DNA from: an uncultured Thermoleophilaceae bacterium
Lineage (GTDB): Bacteria > Actinomycetota > Thermoleophilia > Solirubrobacterales > Thermoleophilaceae
Assembly (NCBI GenBank): GCA_963811205.1
Contig: CAWEQJ010000003.1
Coordinates: forward strand, 11,223 to 75,222
Reading direction: 5' to 3'
DNA length: 64,000 nucleotides
This document shows positions 50,658 through 60,431 of the stretch, piece after piece. The notes beneath the pieces were generated by a model. The model did no database searches. It was not told the origin of the DNA and saw nothing but the letters and a program-made list of their open reading frames with translations. The position numbers were made by a program, and so were the translations under genes. How positions within the stretch are numbered: position 1 is the first letter of the stretch; each line of letters starts with the position of its first letter.

Positions 50658-50687
50658 GGCCACTATCGCTGGTAGCTTCGGCTACTG

Positions 50688-51304
50688 ATGGTCGGCCTCT
50701 TCGTAACTTTTGAGGGCATCGATCGCTCCGGCAAGACCACGCAGGCTCGGATGCTGTGTGAGGCGCTTGGGGATGAGGCGCTGGCGGTGCGAGAGCCGGG
50801 CGGGACCGAGGTGGGGGAGCGGCTGCGCGACCTGCTCAAGGACCAGGCGCTGTCGATCGCGCCCGAGACCGAGGCGCTGATGTTTGCTGCGGCCCGGGCG
50901 GAGCTGGTCGCGCAGGTGATCCGTCCCGCGCTCGAGGAGGGCAGGGTGGTGGTGTCGGACCGCTTCCTCGACTCGTCGCTCGCCTACCAGGGCGTTGCGC
51001 GCGGGCTCGGCGTGGAAGACGTCGAGCAGATCAACCGCTTCGCCACCGGCGGCCTCTTGCCCGACCTCACCTTCCTGCTCGCGATCGACCCCGCGCGGGC
51101 GGCCGAGCGGGCCGGCCAGCTCGACCGCTTCGAGGACGAGGGCGACTCGCTGCAGAGGGCGGTGTTCGACGCCTACCGCGAGCTGGCGCGGCTCAGCCGG
51201 GGCGCTGGCGCATCATCGACGCGGACCGCCTCTCGGCCGAGGTCCACGCCGACGTGCTCGCCGCCGTGCAGGAGGCGCGCGCCGCCGCGGGCGCCCGCGC
51301 ATGA
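50688..51304 (+). pseudogene. tmk: Thymidylate kinase, with an apparent frameshift near 51190-51200
   Basis: FVTFEGIDRSGKTTQARML, REPGGTEVGERLR and DRFLDSSLAYQG. The C-terminus is recovered in another frame (RWRIIDADR..SAEVHADVLAAVQEA), ending at a TGA that overlaps the holB ATG. Confidence 0.85.
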
Positions 51305-52428
51305 CCGCCGAGGCGCCCCAGCTAGCCGGCACGGAGGACCACCCGCACGCGCGGATGGTGCTCGGCTCGGCCCTCGCGTCGGGCAGCCCCTCGCACGCCT
51401 ATCTCTTCCACGGCCCGCCGGGCACGGGCAAGCGCACCGCCGCGCTGGCGCTCGCGGCCGAGCTGCTCGCGGAGGGCGAGGACGATCCCGACGCCGCGCG
51501 CGCCCGTGCGATGCACGGCACGCACCCCGACCTCACCTGGGTGCGGCCCACCGGCGCCCACGTGATGCGAGTGAGCGACGTGGAGGGCCCGGTGGTGTCG
51601 GCGGCGGGGCGAACGCCGTTCGAGTCGAAGCGCCGCGTGTTCGTGCTCGAGCGCGTGGACACGATGAACGACGAGGTGGCCAACCGGCTGCTGAAGACTC
51701 TCGAGGAGCCGGCGTCGTTCGTGCACCTGATCCTGCTCACGGACCAGCTCGGGCGCGTGCTCGAGACCGTGGTGTCGCGCTGCCAGCTCGTGCGCTTCGA
51801 CCCGCTGCCCGCCGACCGCATCGCGGCGAGGCTGGAGGAGGAGGGCATCGACCCCGAGCGCGCCGCCGCGTCGGGCCGTCTCGCGCTCGGCAACGCCGCG
51901 CGGGCGCGCTTCCTCGCCTCGGACGACGGCATGGCGCTGCGCGGGGAGGTGGAGCGGCTCGTGCTCGATGCGCTCGGTTCGATCCACATGGAGGAGCCGT
52001 GGCGCGGGCTGCTGCAGCGGGCGGAGGAGCGTCGCGAGGCCGCCGAGGCGAGCGTGGAGGAGCGCAAGCGCGAGCGCCTCGAGCAGGAGCCGCGCGGCCG
52101 CGAGCGGAGCGCGCTCGAGCGCGAGTTCGACGACACCGCCAAGCGCGACGGCCGGCGCGCGCGCACGGAGGTGCTGGAGCTAGGGCTAGAGCTGGCGGCG
52201 ATCGCGTTCCGCGACCTCGTGGCGGCGGCCTCCGGCGCGGACGCCGCCGTGCTCGGCACCGACCGCATCGCCGATCTCGCATCCGCCGCCGAGGGGCGCG
52301 ACCCCACACGCCTCCGTGAGGCGGCGGAGTGCTGCGAGGAGACCCGCAGCGCGTTCCAGCTCAACGTTACGGAGGAGCTGGCGCTGTCCGCGCTGACATT
52401 CCGTCTTCGAGAGCTCGCTGGATCCTGA
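51301..52428 (+). CDS. holB: DNA polymerase III delta-prime subunit
   Basis: SHAYLFHGPPGTGKRTAALALAAELL, HPDLTWVRP, NRLLKTLEEP and SRCQLVRF. Confidence 0.85.
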   Translation: MTAEAPQLAGTEDHPHARMVLGSALASGSPSHAYLFHGPPGTGKRTAALALAAELLAEGEDDPDAARARAMHGTHPDLTWVRPTGAHVMRVSDVEGPVVSAAGRTPFESKRRVFVLERVDTMNDEVANRLLKTLEEPASFVHLILLTDQLGRVLETVVSRCQLVRFDPLPADRIAARLEEEGIDPERAAASGRLALGNAARARFLASDDGMALRGEVERLVLDALGSIHMEEPWRGLLQRAEERREAAEASVEERKRERLEQEPRGRERSALEREFDDTAKRDGRRARTEVLELGLELAAIAFRDLVAAASGADAAVLGTDRIADLASAAEGRDPTRLREAAECCEETRSAFQLNVTEELALSALTFRLRELAGS

Positions 52429-52747
52429 GGCCATCCGCTAGCCGCCCGGCCTCGCCTGCGGCCACCTCGATCACCGAGCGCGCGAAGCGGCTGCGCAGCA
52501 CGCGCCCGGGCCCGACGTCGTACTCGATGTAGATCGGCAGCCAGTCGCGGTCGACGAACACGACATCGAGGCGGAAGCGCATCCCGAACGTGTGCACCGA
52601 CGTGCAGTGCGGAATCACGAGCGCCTCGTCCGGATCGAGGTCGGGCAGGAGGGCGAGCCCGAGCAGCCGCGCGCGCCAGGTATGGGCGAGGTGCATGCGG
52701 ATGCCCGTTTCGAGCTCGAGGAATGGGTAGTGGCTGATGCGGCTCAC
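52367..52747 (-). CDS. DUF192-domain protein
   Basis: ARLLGLALLPDLDPDEALVIPHCTSVHTFGMRFRLDVVFVDRD fits the DUF192 pattern. The 3' end overlaps the holB 3' end by 62 nt, so the stop may be affected by an indel. Confidence 0.6.
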   Translation of the reverse strand: MSRISHYPFLELETGIRMHLAHTWRARLLGLALLPDLDPDEALVIPHCTSVHTFGMRFRLDVVFVDRDWLPIYIEYDVGPGRVLRSRFARSVIEVAAGEAGRLADGLRIQRALEDGMSARTAPAPP

Positions 52748-52811
52748 ACCCGTATAAGCCGACGCTCAAGACTTTTCGCCCCCCTTGAGGAACCGCGGTT
52801 AGGGTCGCGCT

Positions 52812-53012
52812 ATGCGAGCCCCACACCGCTGTCCGAATTGCGGCGAGCCGGTGTCCCAGTTCGCCGCCGGCTGCGCCCTCTGCGGTGCCGAGCTCGACCC
52901 GCGCCGCGCGCAGGGTCCGCGCACCATCACCGAGCGCATTCGCACGGCCGCGTACCCGCTACGCCCTCGCGCGCGCGTGCGTGAAGAACAAGCTCAGCGG
53001 CCAGAGCGCTGA
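52812..53012 (+). CDS. Small zinc-ribbon protein
   Basis: CPNCGEPVSQFAAGCALCG gives two CxxC pairs. 66 aa. Confidence 0.4.
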   Translation: MRAPHRCPNCGEPVSQFAAGCALCGAELDPRRAQGPRTITERIRTAAYPLRPRARVREEQAQRPER

Positions 53013-53140
53013 CAGGCGCCGCCTTACCCGCGCATAAACGCTCAAGCAGTGCTGCGTTTGTGTCGATCAGTTTGACTATGGTGAATAACCCCAGTTCGAT
53101 TTCGCGCGTCTGGACGCGCGCCTAGCGCCTGTGAGCGGCC

Positions 53141-55393
53141 ATGCCGGGCCAAACTGGGAACAGTGCTGAGCGGCTTTCGCTCATAGTCGAGACTCAGCGC
53201 GAGATCGCCTCGGCGGGCAACGATCTGCAAGCGGTCATGCAGCTCGTGGCCGACCGCTGCGTGGGAATCATCGGCGCCGACGGCGCGATGGTGAACCTGA
53301 TCGAGGAGGGCGACACGCTTCACACGCGCGCGGCCACCGGCATCGCCGCCACCGCCTTCGATGCTCGCCGGCCGCTCTCGGGCTCGGTTGCCAAGTACGC
53401 GATCGAGAGCGGCCAGCCGCTCCTGATCGAGGACACCGTGTCCGACTCGCGCATCAACCAGGAGCTGCGCGCGAAGGTGGGCGACAAGTCGCTGATCTGC
53501 GTGCCGCTGTTCCAGGGCTCGACCGTGATCGGCACCCTCAACGTGCTCAGCCGCTCCGACGACGAGCGCCTCAACGAGGACGACCGCGAGACCATGGAGA
53601 TGCTCTCGGTCGTGCTCTCCGCCGCTGTGAGCCATGCGGCCGAGTACGAGGCGCGCCGCGGCCAGGCCGAGGCCTTCAACCGCTTCCGCACCCTCTTCGA
53701 CGGCGCCTCGATAGGCATCCTCCGGCTGGGCCGCGACGGCCGCGCCGTGGAGGTGAACCCGGCCGTGGAGGAGATGCTCGGCTACACCGCCACGGAGCTC
53801 GGCGAGATGCACTTCCGCGACTACATGTATGGCGAGGATCTGGCGCGCGCGGACGTGCTCTTCCGTGACCTGATCCGCGGGCAGCGCGAGTCGTTCCAGC
53901 TCGAGGCGCGCTACTCGCGCAAGGACGGCGAGCTGGTGTGGGCGCACGTGCGCGCCGCTCTCGAGCGCGACCAGGACGGCGAGCCCGCCTACGCCGTGAC
54001 GATGATCGAGAACATCACTCAGCGCAAGCGCGCGGAGGCGGAGCTGATCCGCCAGTCGGAGCTGAACCAGCACCAGGCCCTCCACGACCCGCTCACCGGC
54101 CTGCCCAACAGGCTGCTGTTCGGCGAGCGGGTCGAGCACGCGATCACCTACGCCGAGCGCCGCGAGACGCGCCTCGCGATCGTGATGATGGACCTCAACC
54201 GCTTCAAGGAAGTGAACGACTCGCTCGGCCACCAGGCGGGCGACGAGCTGCTCAAGGAGGTGGGCGAGCGCCTGCGCGGCGCGCTGCGCGCGTCCGACAC
54301 TGTGGCGCGCCTCGGCGGCGACGAGTTCGGCCTGCTGCTCCCCGATCCGTCCGAGACGGAGGATGTGCTCGGCGTGATCGAGCGTATCGGCGAGGCACTC
54401 GAGCGCCCGATATGCGTGCAGGAGCTGCCGCTGGCGATCGAGGCGTCGATCGGCATCGCCGTGTTCCCCGATCACGGCCACGACGCCGACGTACTGATCC
54501 AGCGCGCCGACGTTGCCATGTACGCCGCCAAGCAGGAGAGCGCTCCGTTCTCCTTCTACGACGCCGACGCCGACGAGTACGACCCCGCGCGCCTGACGCT
54601 CGTGGCCGAGCTGCGCCGGGCGATGGAGGAGCGCGAGCTCGTCCTTCACTACCAGCCGAAGGCGGTGCTCGAGGACGGGTCGGTGCGGTCGGTGGAGGCG
54701 CTATTGCGCTGGCAGCATCCGCACCAGGGGCTGATCTACCCTGACGGATTCATCCCCGTCGCCCAGGAGACGGGCCTGATCCGGCCGCTCACCCTGTACG
54801 TCGTCGACGAGGCGCTGCGCCAGTGCCGCGCCTGGCGTGACGAGGGCCTCGGTCTGTCGGTGTCGGTGAACCTTTCGATGCGCAACCTGCTCGACCTCGA
54901 GTTCCCCCAGCAGGTGGAGGGGCTGCTCAGGCGCTGGGAGGTGGAGGCCGAGCTGCTCGAGCTCGAGATCACCGAGTCCACGATGCTCGCCAACCCCACC
55001 CGCACAAAGGCGGTCCTCGGTCAGTTGCACGGACTCGGAATCCGCCTGTCGATCGACGACTTCGGCACCGGCTACTCCTCGCTCGCCTACCTGCGCCGGC
55101 TGCCGATCGACGAGATCAAGATCGACCGCTCGTTCGTGATGAGCATGACCGAGGAGGCCGACGACGTGGCGATCGTGCGCTCCACGATCGACCTCGGCCG
55201 CAACCTCGGCCTCGAGGTGGTGGCCGAAGGCGTGGAGACCCAGGAGATCTGGGACAAGCTGCGCGAGCTGGGCTGCAACGTCGCGCAGGGCTACTTCCTC
55301 AGCCGCCCGGTGCCGGCGGACAAGCTGGCGGCGTGGCTCGAGGAGCGGCGGGGCGCGGAGCCGCCCGCCGCTGCCGGCGAAGCCGCCGCGTAG
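53141..55393 (+). CDS. GAF-PAS-GGDEF-EAL signalling protein (c-di-GMP turnover)
   Basis: Intact 750 aa. The GAF-like N-terminus is followed by a PAS segment (FDGASIGILRLGRDGRAVEVNPAVEEMLGYT), an intact GGDEF motif (RLGGDEFGLLL), and EAL motifs (EALLRW, ELEITES, DDFGTGYSSL, KIDRSF, AEGVET, QGY). Confidence 0.9.
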   Translation: MPGQTGNSAERLSLIVETQREIASAGNDLQAVMQLVADRCVGIIGADGAMVNLIEEGDTLHTRAATGIAATAFDARRPLSGSVAKYAIESGQPLLIEDTVSDSRINQELRAKVGDKSLICVPLFQGSTVIGTLNVLSRSDDERLNEDDRETMEMLSVVLSAAVSHAAEYEARRGQAEAFNRFRTLFDGASIGILRLGRDGRAVEVNPAVEEMLGYTATELGEMHFRDYMYGEDLARADVLFRDLIRGQRESFQLEARYSRKDGELVWAHVRAALERDQDGEPAYAVTMIENITQRKRAEAELIRQSELNQHQALHDPLTGLPNRLLFGERVEHAITYAERRETRLAIVMMDLNRFKEVNDSLGHQAGDELLKEVGERLRGALRASDTVARLGGDEFGLLLPDPSETEDVLGVIERIGEALERPICVQELPLAIEASIGIAVFPDHGHDADVLIQRADVAMYAAKQESAPFSFYDADADEYDPARLTLVAELRRAMEERELVLHYQPKAVLEDGSVRSVEALLRWQHPHQGLIYPDGFIPVAQETGLIRPLTLYVVDEALRQCRAWRDEGLGLSVSVNLSMRNLLDLEFPQQVEGLLRRWEVEAELLELEITESTMLANPTRTKAVLGQLHGLGIRLSIDDFGTGYSSLAYLRRLPIDEIKIDRSFVMSMTEEADDVAIVRSTIDLGRNLGLEVVAEGVETQEIWDKLRELGCNVAQGYFLSRPVPADKLAAWLEERRGAEPPAAAGEAAA

Positions 55394-55410
55394 CCCGTAG
55401 TCTCACGGGC

Positions 55411-55773
55411 GTGCAGGTCACGAAGCTCGACCAGCTCGACTCGTTCACCACGCTCGACGGCTCGACCATCCGCGAGCTGATCGGTCCGTCGTGGACCGAT
55501 GCTCGCAACCAGAGCCTCGCCGAGGCGCGGGTCCCCGCGGGCGGCGCCACGATCGAGCACTTTCATCGCGCGAGCGAGGAGATCTACTACTTCGTGTCCG
55601 GGCGCGGGCGGATGCGGATGGGCTCCGAGGAGACGGAGGTCGCCGCCGGCGACTGTGTCGTGATCCCGCCGGGGACGCGGCACAAGCTGTGGGCGGCGGA
55701 TGACGCCGAGCTCGTGCTGCTCTGCTGCTGCGCGCCCGCCTACAGCGACGCCGACACGGAGATGACGGAGTAG
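55411..55773 (+). CDS. Cupin-domain protein
   Basis: GTG 55411. IEHFHRASEEIYYFVSGRGRMRMG...VVIPPGTRHKL. Confidence 0.65.
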   Translation: MQVTKLDQLDSFTTLDGSTIRELIGPSWTDARNQSLAEARVPAGGATIEHFHRASEEIYYFVSGRGRMRMGSEETEVAAGDCVVIPPGTRHKLWAADDAELVLLCCCAPAYSDADTEMTE

Positions 55774-55779
55774 CGCCCG

Positions 55780-56460
55780 TTGCTCGCGCTGTCCTGGAGC
55801 GGAGGGAAGGACTCGGCGCTGGCGCTGCGGGCGCTGCGGGACGAGCGCGGTCAGGAGCCCGTCGCACTGCTCACCACCTTCACCGAGGACTACGGTCGCG
55901 TGAGCATGCACGGCGTGCGGATCGAGCTGGTGCGGGCGCAGGCCGAGGCGGCGGGCGTGCCGCTCGTGGAGGTGGGCATCCCGGCGTCGTGCTCCAACGC
56001 GGTGTACGAGCGGCGGATGGCGGAGGCGCTGGCGGCGCCGCCGCTGGCGGAGGTCCGGACGATGGCCTTCGCCGACCTGTTCCTGGCGGATATCCGCGCC
56101 TACCGCGAGGAGAAGCTGGCCGGCGCGCGCTGGAGCGCGGAGTTCCCGCTGTGGGGTCGTGACACGGGCGCGCTGGCGAAGGAGTTTGTGGAGGCCGGCT
56201 TCGAGGCGGTGCTCGTGTGCGTGGATCCGGCGCAGCTGGATCCGTCGTTCGTGGGCCGTTCCTACGATCTGTCGCTGCTCGCCGACCTGCCCGCCGGGGT
56301 CGATCCCTGCGGCGAGAACGGCGAGTTCCACACCTTCGTGCACGCGGGCCCTGTGTTCTCTACGCCGATCGCCGTTGAGCGCGGGGAGGCCGTGATGCGA
56401 GACGGCTTCGCCTTCCAGGATCTCGTGCCGGCAGAGCAACCCTCTCGTATAGCGCGCTAG
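55780..56460 (+). CDS. PP-loop ATP pyrophosphatase (Dph6/MJ0570-related adenine-nucleotide alpha-hydrolase)
   Basis: The N-terminal PP-loop is ALSWSGGKDSALAL, and the C-terminus has GENGEFHTFV. Confidence 0.7.
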   Translation: MLALSWSGGKDSALALRALRDERGQEPVALLTTFTEDYGRVSMHGVRIELVRAQAEAAGVPLVEVGIPASCSNAVYERRMAEALAAPPLAEVRTMAFADLFLADIRAYREEKLAGARWSAEFPLWGRDTGALAKEFVEAGFEAVLVCVDPAQLDPSFVGRSYDLSLLADLPAGVDPCGENGEFHTFVHAGPVFSTPIAVERGEAVMRDGFAFQDLVPAEQPSRIAR

Positions 56461-57338
56461 GTCCCGAGGTTCACCTTGAAGATCCGCCACGTGCAACCGC
56501 CGAAGTTGCACTTGCCCGCCGCGCGGACGCGGATCATCAGCCTGCCGGCCTGCAGCGCCTGGAATTCGTAGCCGACCGGGTGATCGTGCGAGGAACCCGT
56601 CTTGACACGGGCCTCGAGAAAAAGGGCCGTTCTGGGGAAATTGAGCCGCGAGGTGACCTGCCACTTCGGGCCGCGGAGGTAGCGCTGTCTGTCGATGCCC
56701 GGCTCGAGGTCCCGGAGCGCGGCCATGACGGTCTTGAAAGGCGTCGACGCGCTCGGGAGCCTGGAGCGAGCGATGCCGCGGAAGCGAAGCTCGAGCGGGC
56801 GAAGGTCCGTGTAGCGGCCGATCAGCGCCGTCAGCGCCCAGCCGGCGCTGTGGTACTTGCCGTGGAACTTGATGAGCTTCGGGCGCAGCGAGCGAGGCAG
56901 CTTGCGGAAGGTCAGCGGTGCTGGAGCTTGCAGCTGGAGCGTCGTGCTCGTGGAGGCGGTGCACTCGGTTCCATCGGACTGCAACTCGGTCCACGAGAGC
57001 GTGATGGGCAACGGGCCGGGTGTCTCGGAGATCAGCGTCGAGCCCTTCACGTGAACGCCCGCGGGCGCTGAGACCTGGACGTCGGGCCTGGAGCCGTCGG
57101 AGAAGTCCGTCTCGACGTCGATGTCGTGAGTGGCTGTGAGCGTGCCCCCCGCGCCGGCCTGCCTGTCCTCCGCGCTCACGGTCGGCGTTGTGAATCCCGG
57201 GGGGCACGGGGATCCGCCCTGAGCGCCGGCGTCCGGCGCCGCGGCCACCGCGGCAGCCACGAGCCCAGCGAGGAAAAGGCAGCGGCGCAAGATGGAAGAT
57301 GGCGAGCGCACGACCCTCCTGGTACTGGGACGGAACAA
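56457..57338 (-). CDS. Secreted hypothetical protein
   Basis: Intact 293-aa ORF with a signal-like LRRCLFLAGLVAAAVAAAPDAGA. No recognised motif. Confidence 0.5.
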   Translation of the reverse strand: MFRPSTRRVVRSPSSILRRCLFLAGLVAAAVAAAPDAGAQGGSPCPPGFTTPTVSAEDRQAGAGGTLTATHDIDVETDFSDGSRPDVQVSAPAGVHVKGSTLISETPGPLPITLSWTELQSDGTECTASTSTTLQLQAPAPLTFRKLPRSLRPKLIKFHGKYHSAGWALTALIGRYTDLRPLELRFRGIARSRLPSASTPFKTVMAALRDLEPGIDRQRYLRGPKWQVTSRLNFPRTALFLEARVKTGSSHDHPVGYEFQALQAGRLMIRVRAAGKCNFGGCTWRIFKVNLGT

Positions 57339-57374
57339 CGCTAACGGCGCGCGTTCTCCGCGGTCAAGCTTGCC

Positions 57375-58241
57375 TCAGCCCGTCTCGAGCGGCGCGGCGG
57401 GATCGGACACCCAGTCCAACAGCGAGCCGTCGTAGACCGCAACGTCGTCGCGCCCGAGCACGGCGAGCGCGAATGCGTCGAGGGAGGCGGCGATGCCGCC
57501 ACCGCAGTAGGTCACGATCCGCCGCTTGTCGAGCGCGCCCGTCGATGCGAACAGCTCGCGCAGCTCATCCGGCGGCCGGAAGCGGTTGGTGGCCGGGTCG
57601 AGCAGGCCGCGCGACGGGACGTTGACGCTTCCGGGAATGCGTCCCGGGCGCCTCGCGACGATGGCAGCGTCGCCCCGGAACAGCGCTGGGTCGAGCGCGT
57701 TCACCAGGCACGCGGCTCCCTCTTCCATGATCGCCTCCACCTCATCGCGGTCGGCCACGAGATCCGGCCGCAGCGATGCCTCGAACGGCGCGGCTGGGTG
57801 CTCGGGCGGCTCGCTCGTCAGCGGAAGGCCCTGCGCCCTCCATGCCTGAAGGCCGCCGTCGAGCACACTCACCGCGTCGAAGCCGAAGGCGCGCAGCGTC
57901 CACCACAGGCGCGCGGCCCACATTCCCGTCTCCGCGTCATAGGCGACCACGTGCGTGCCCGGTCCCACGCCCAGACGGGACATGGCAGCGGCCAAGGACT
58001 CAGGCCGCGGGAGCATGAAGGGAAGAGGAGAGTCGGCGTCCGACAGGTCCCCGATCAGATCGGCGAACCCGGCGCCCGGGATGTGTGCCTCGCCCCACGA
58101 CGCCCGGCCGCTCTCGATGTCGGGTGGTCCGCCCGCGGGATCGAGCGTCAGCCACACGGTGGCGTCGAGCACCCGCAGCGACGAATCGTCCCGATGCTCG
58201 TGCAACCACTCCGGAGTGACGAGGGGAGACGGGACGCCCAC
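57375..58241 (-). CDS. Tandem-rhodanese sulfurtransferase (thiosulfate/3-mercaptopyruvate sulfurtransferase)
   Basis: Two rhodanese halves are present. The active-site loop is TYCGGGIAAS. The N-terminus has AHIPGA and WWTLRAFG. Confidence 0.85.
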   Translation of the reverse strand: MGVPSPLVTPEWLHEHRDDSSLRVLDATVWLTLDPAGGPPDIESGRASWGEAHIPGAGFADLIGDLSDADSPLPFMLPRPESLAAAMSRLGVGPGTHVVAYDAETGMWAARLWWTLRAFGFDAVSVLDGGLQAWRAQGLPLTSEPPEHPAAPFEASLRPDLVADRDEVEAIMEEGAACLVNALDPALFRGDAAIVARRPGRIPGSVNVPSRGLLDPATNRFRPPDELRELFASTGALDKRRIVTYCGGGIAASLDAFALAVLGRDDVAVYDGSLLDWVSDPAAPLETG

Positions 58242-58335
58242 GAGCCGACCTTATCCGGTCGGCCGAGCCCACTCCGGTCATCAGCCGACCTCACGAATCG
58301 CCCGCGAAACGCCTAGCTAGACTGACCCGGTCGTT

Positions 58336-58409
58336 GCCGACGTAGCTCAGTTGGCCAGAGCACCGCTCTCGTAAAGCGGGGGTCGTGGGTTCGAATCCCA
58401 CCGTCGGCT
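58336..58409 (+). tRNA. tRNA-Thr (anticodon CGU)
   Basis: Hand-folded cloverleaf: acceptor GCCGACG/CGTCGGC, D arm GCTC-AGTTGGCCA-GAGC, anticodon arm CCGCT-CTCGTAA-AGCGG (CGT), T arm GTGGG-TTCGAAT-CCCAC, discriminator T. No encoded CCA. Confidence 0.95.
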
Positions 58410-58420
58410 TGGCTCTGGGA

Positions 58421-58460
58421 AGCGGAATCCGGGGAGTTGCCGGGTTCCGCTCTTTCGTTT
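58421..58460 (+). terminator. Hairpin plus T-rich tail after the tRNA
   Basis: AGCGGAATCCGG-ggagttg-CCGGGTTCCGCT (one G:U), followed by CTTTCGTTT. Confidence 0.5.
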
Positions 58461-58530
58461 CGGACACATTTCGGACACATGGGGCGGAGCTGCAGTGTCC
58501 GGGCAGGGCCATCTCGGGGCGAGGTAGGCG

Positions 58531-59514
58531 TTGCTTGACCCGAGCCCACAATCGCGACCTATCCTGCTTCGCGTGGACGTTCGCTCGCCGGATGACGTAG
58601 ACGACGCTCCCGACGACCTGGCGGCGTCGGTTCAAAGGCGAACGCTCCCCAGGTACATCACGGAGCGCAGGGAGCGGGCTGAGGCTCAGTACGCCAGACA
58701 TGAGGCGCTCCTACGTCCCGCGGTGCAGGCCCATCTCGCCACGGATCGAACGGTGGTCGACGCCCTCGACGCCTGGCATCGGCAGATCGCGGACGAGTCA
58801 AACTTGACTCTAGATGGCGATAGCCGCCAGGCAGCGACGTGGCTTGTGGCTGGCAGGTGCATCGGCCTTGCACGGGCAGTGCTCGCGCTCCTTGAGGCCG
58901 GGTTCACGGCGGAGGCCGCTGCGGAGGTCAGAGTGCTCCACGAGGCGACGAGATTGTTGTGGGTGCTCGCCGACGAGGACGAGCCCGAGCTGTTGCGTCG
59001 GTGGCTCGCGGATGAGGACAACCGCTGGGTCCGACCGTGGGAGGCGCGCATCGCCGGGGATCGTCAGCGGGAGCGCGTGGCCGAGCGCCTACCAGATGCC
59101 TTGAAGGAGGCCGAGGCCCACGGCGATACGGAGAGCGCCGCGCAGCTGGCGGAAGCCATACGGACCGCCCGCCTCGATGAGGACGGTGTTTTGGCGGCGA
59201 ACAGCCTCCAGATCTACGACGTCCTCTCGCGGATCGGTCATATCCGCCGGTCGAGCATGCGGGACTCGCTCTCGACGGCCCTCCGCCAGATGGCGACCGG
59301 TCCCCACCCCGATCCGCTCGTTCGCGCCGAGTACGTCGAGTGGGTGAGCCACATCATTGAAGAGGTGGTCCTCGCGGTCTGTGATGCGTTGGGCCCGTTC
59401 TTCCCTGGGGGCTCGGCGATCACGCTCATGCGAAAGCTGGTCGGTGCCCTGGACCTTGCGCGTGCTGAAGCGCCGCTCGACGCGGTGACGCGGGCTTCGA
59501 TCGCGCGCCGCTGA
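58531..59514 (+). CDS. Hypothetical all-alpha protein (first gene of the island)
   Basis: 327-aa ORF with a non-ATG start (TTG 58531, or GTG 58573). No motif recognised with confidence. ATWLVAGRCIGLARAVLALLEAGFTAEAAAEVRVLHEATRLLWVL is faintly reminiscent of DUF5677-type proteins, which is speculative. Confidence 0.4.
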   Translation: MLDPSPQSRPILLRVDVRSPDDVDDAPDDLAASVQRRTLPRYITERRERAEAQYARHEALLRPAVQAHLATDRTVVDALDAWHRQIADESNLTLDGDSRQAATWLVAGRCIGLARAVLALLEAGFTAEAAAEVRVLHEATRLLWVLADEDEPELLRRWLADEDNRWVRPWEARIAGDRQRERVAERLPDALKEAEAHGDTESAAQLAEAIRTARLDEDGVLAANSLQIYDVLSRIGHIRRSSMRDSLSTALRQMATGPHPDPLVRAEYVEWVSHIIEEVVLAVCDALGPFFPGGSAITLMRKLVGALDLARAEAPLDAVTRASIARR

Positions 59515-59546
59515 GCGGGTTGACGAGCGGTTCGGGCTTGGAGAAG

Positions 59547-60080
59547 TCAGCCAGCCAGGGAGTAGGGGTCGAGCATCCCTAGGTTGATCAAGCGGTACTG
59601 CATTGCTGCGGGGCTGACTTGAAATCGCTGGGCCAGCGCCGACACCAAGTCCGGCGGTGTGAGGTTGTGGCGTTTCGCGACGATCTTGTCGATCTCCTCG
59701 GGGACGAGGCTTCGTGGCATCAGTAACTCGGCCGCGAACGCATTTGCCTGCCGCTCCTCCGAGGTGGACTGTCCATCGCGGAGGTTCACGCGAACAAAGC
59801 GATCGATGAAGACCGGCTGACCCTTGTGCATCTCGAGATGACCGATCTCGTGGGCGACGGTGAAACGCTGACGAGTCGGTGCGTGCCGGGAATTCACGCC
59901 AATGACAGCTGTGCCCTCACCTCGGAAGAGCATGCCGGAGATGTCCCCATCAAACGACTCGTAAGTGACTTGGACACCAAGACGGCGTGCGATCTGCTCG
60001 ACCGGCACCGGAGAGTCCGAGATACCCATCCGGTCCAGCACGCCGATCGCCTTTTGCTCGGCCGATGAGGGCGCGGTCAT
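59547..60080 (-). CDS. ImmA/IrrE-family zinc metallopeptidase (CapP-like)
   Basis: Intact 177 aa with the HEIGHLEMH zincin motif. Its ATG overlaps the stop of the upstream XRE gene (ATGA). Confidence 0.85.
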   Translation of the reverse strand: MTAPSSAEQKAIGVLDRMGISDSPVPVEQIARRLGVQVTYESFDGDISGMLFRGEGTAVIGVNSRHAPTRQRFTVAHEIGHLEMHKGQPVFIDRFVRVNLRDGQSTSEERQANAFAAELLMPRSLVPEEIDKIVAKRHNLTPPDLVSALAQRFQVSPAAMQYRLINLGMLDPYSLAG

Positions 60081-60424
60081 TGCTCAGCCGCCGAGCGACG
60101 CACCGGCTGACCATGAGACTTTCGGAGCACGCGAGTAGCAAAGTCGAGGCCTTCGGCGTCTTGCTGCAGCGCTTTGAGGGCACGTTGGGGAAGCAACTCG
60201 TCGACACCTCCGTCGTGGTCGGGGAGAAGGTCGGCGGGCTGTCGTCCAACGGCAGCTGCGAGGAGGTAGAGCTGGTGCAGGCTGATGTGTTGACGTCCGC
60301 GTTCGATGTTTGTTACGGACGTACGCGTGAGCCCAACCCTCTCCGCGACATGCTCCTGAGTAAGCCCGACCTCTTTTCGGGCGTCCCGGAACTGGCGGCC
60401 AAACTGGCGGTACAGCCCATCCAC
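60077..60424 (-). CDS. XRE-family helix-turn-helix regulator (CapH-like), probably leaderless
   Basis: The HTH is FRDARKEVGLTQEHVAERVGLTRTSVTNIERGRQHISLHQLYLLAAAVG. GTG 60424 lies 7 nt after a -10-like hexamer. The ORF track's TTG 60460 would add an atypical N-terminus. Confidence 0.8.
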   Translation of the reverse strand: MDGLYRQFGRQFRDARKEVGLTQEHVAERVGLTRTSVTNIERGRQHISLHQLYLLAAAVGRQPADLLPDHDGGVDELLPQRALKALQQDAEGLDFATRVLRKSHGQPVRRSAAEQ

Positions 60425-60431
60425 CGTGCGG

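Noticed and set aside
52367-52428. The 62-nt convergent overlap of holB and the DUF192 gene as a functional antisense overlap
   Set aside because: It is more likely that the DUF192 stop is displaced. The tail ...ALEDGMSARTAPAPP looks non-native, and indels are common in this assembly.
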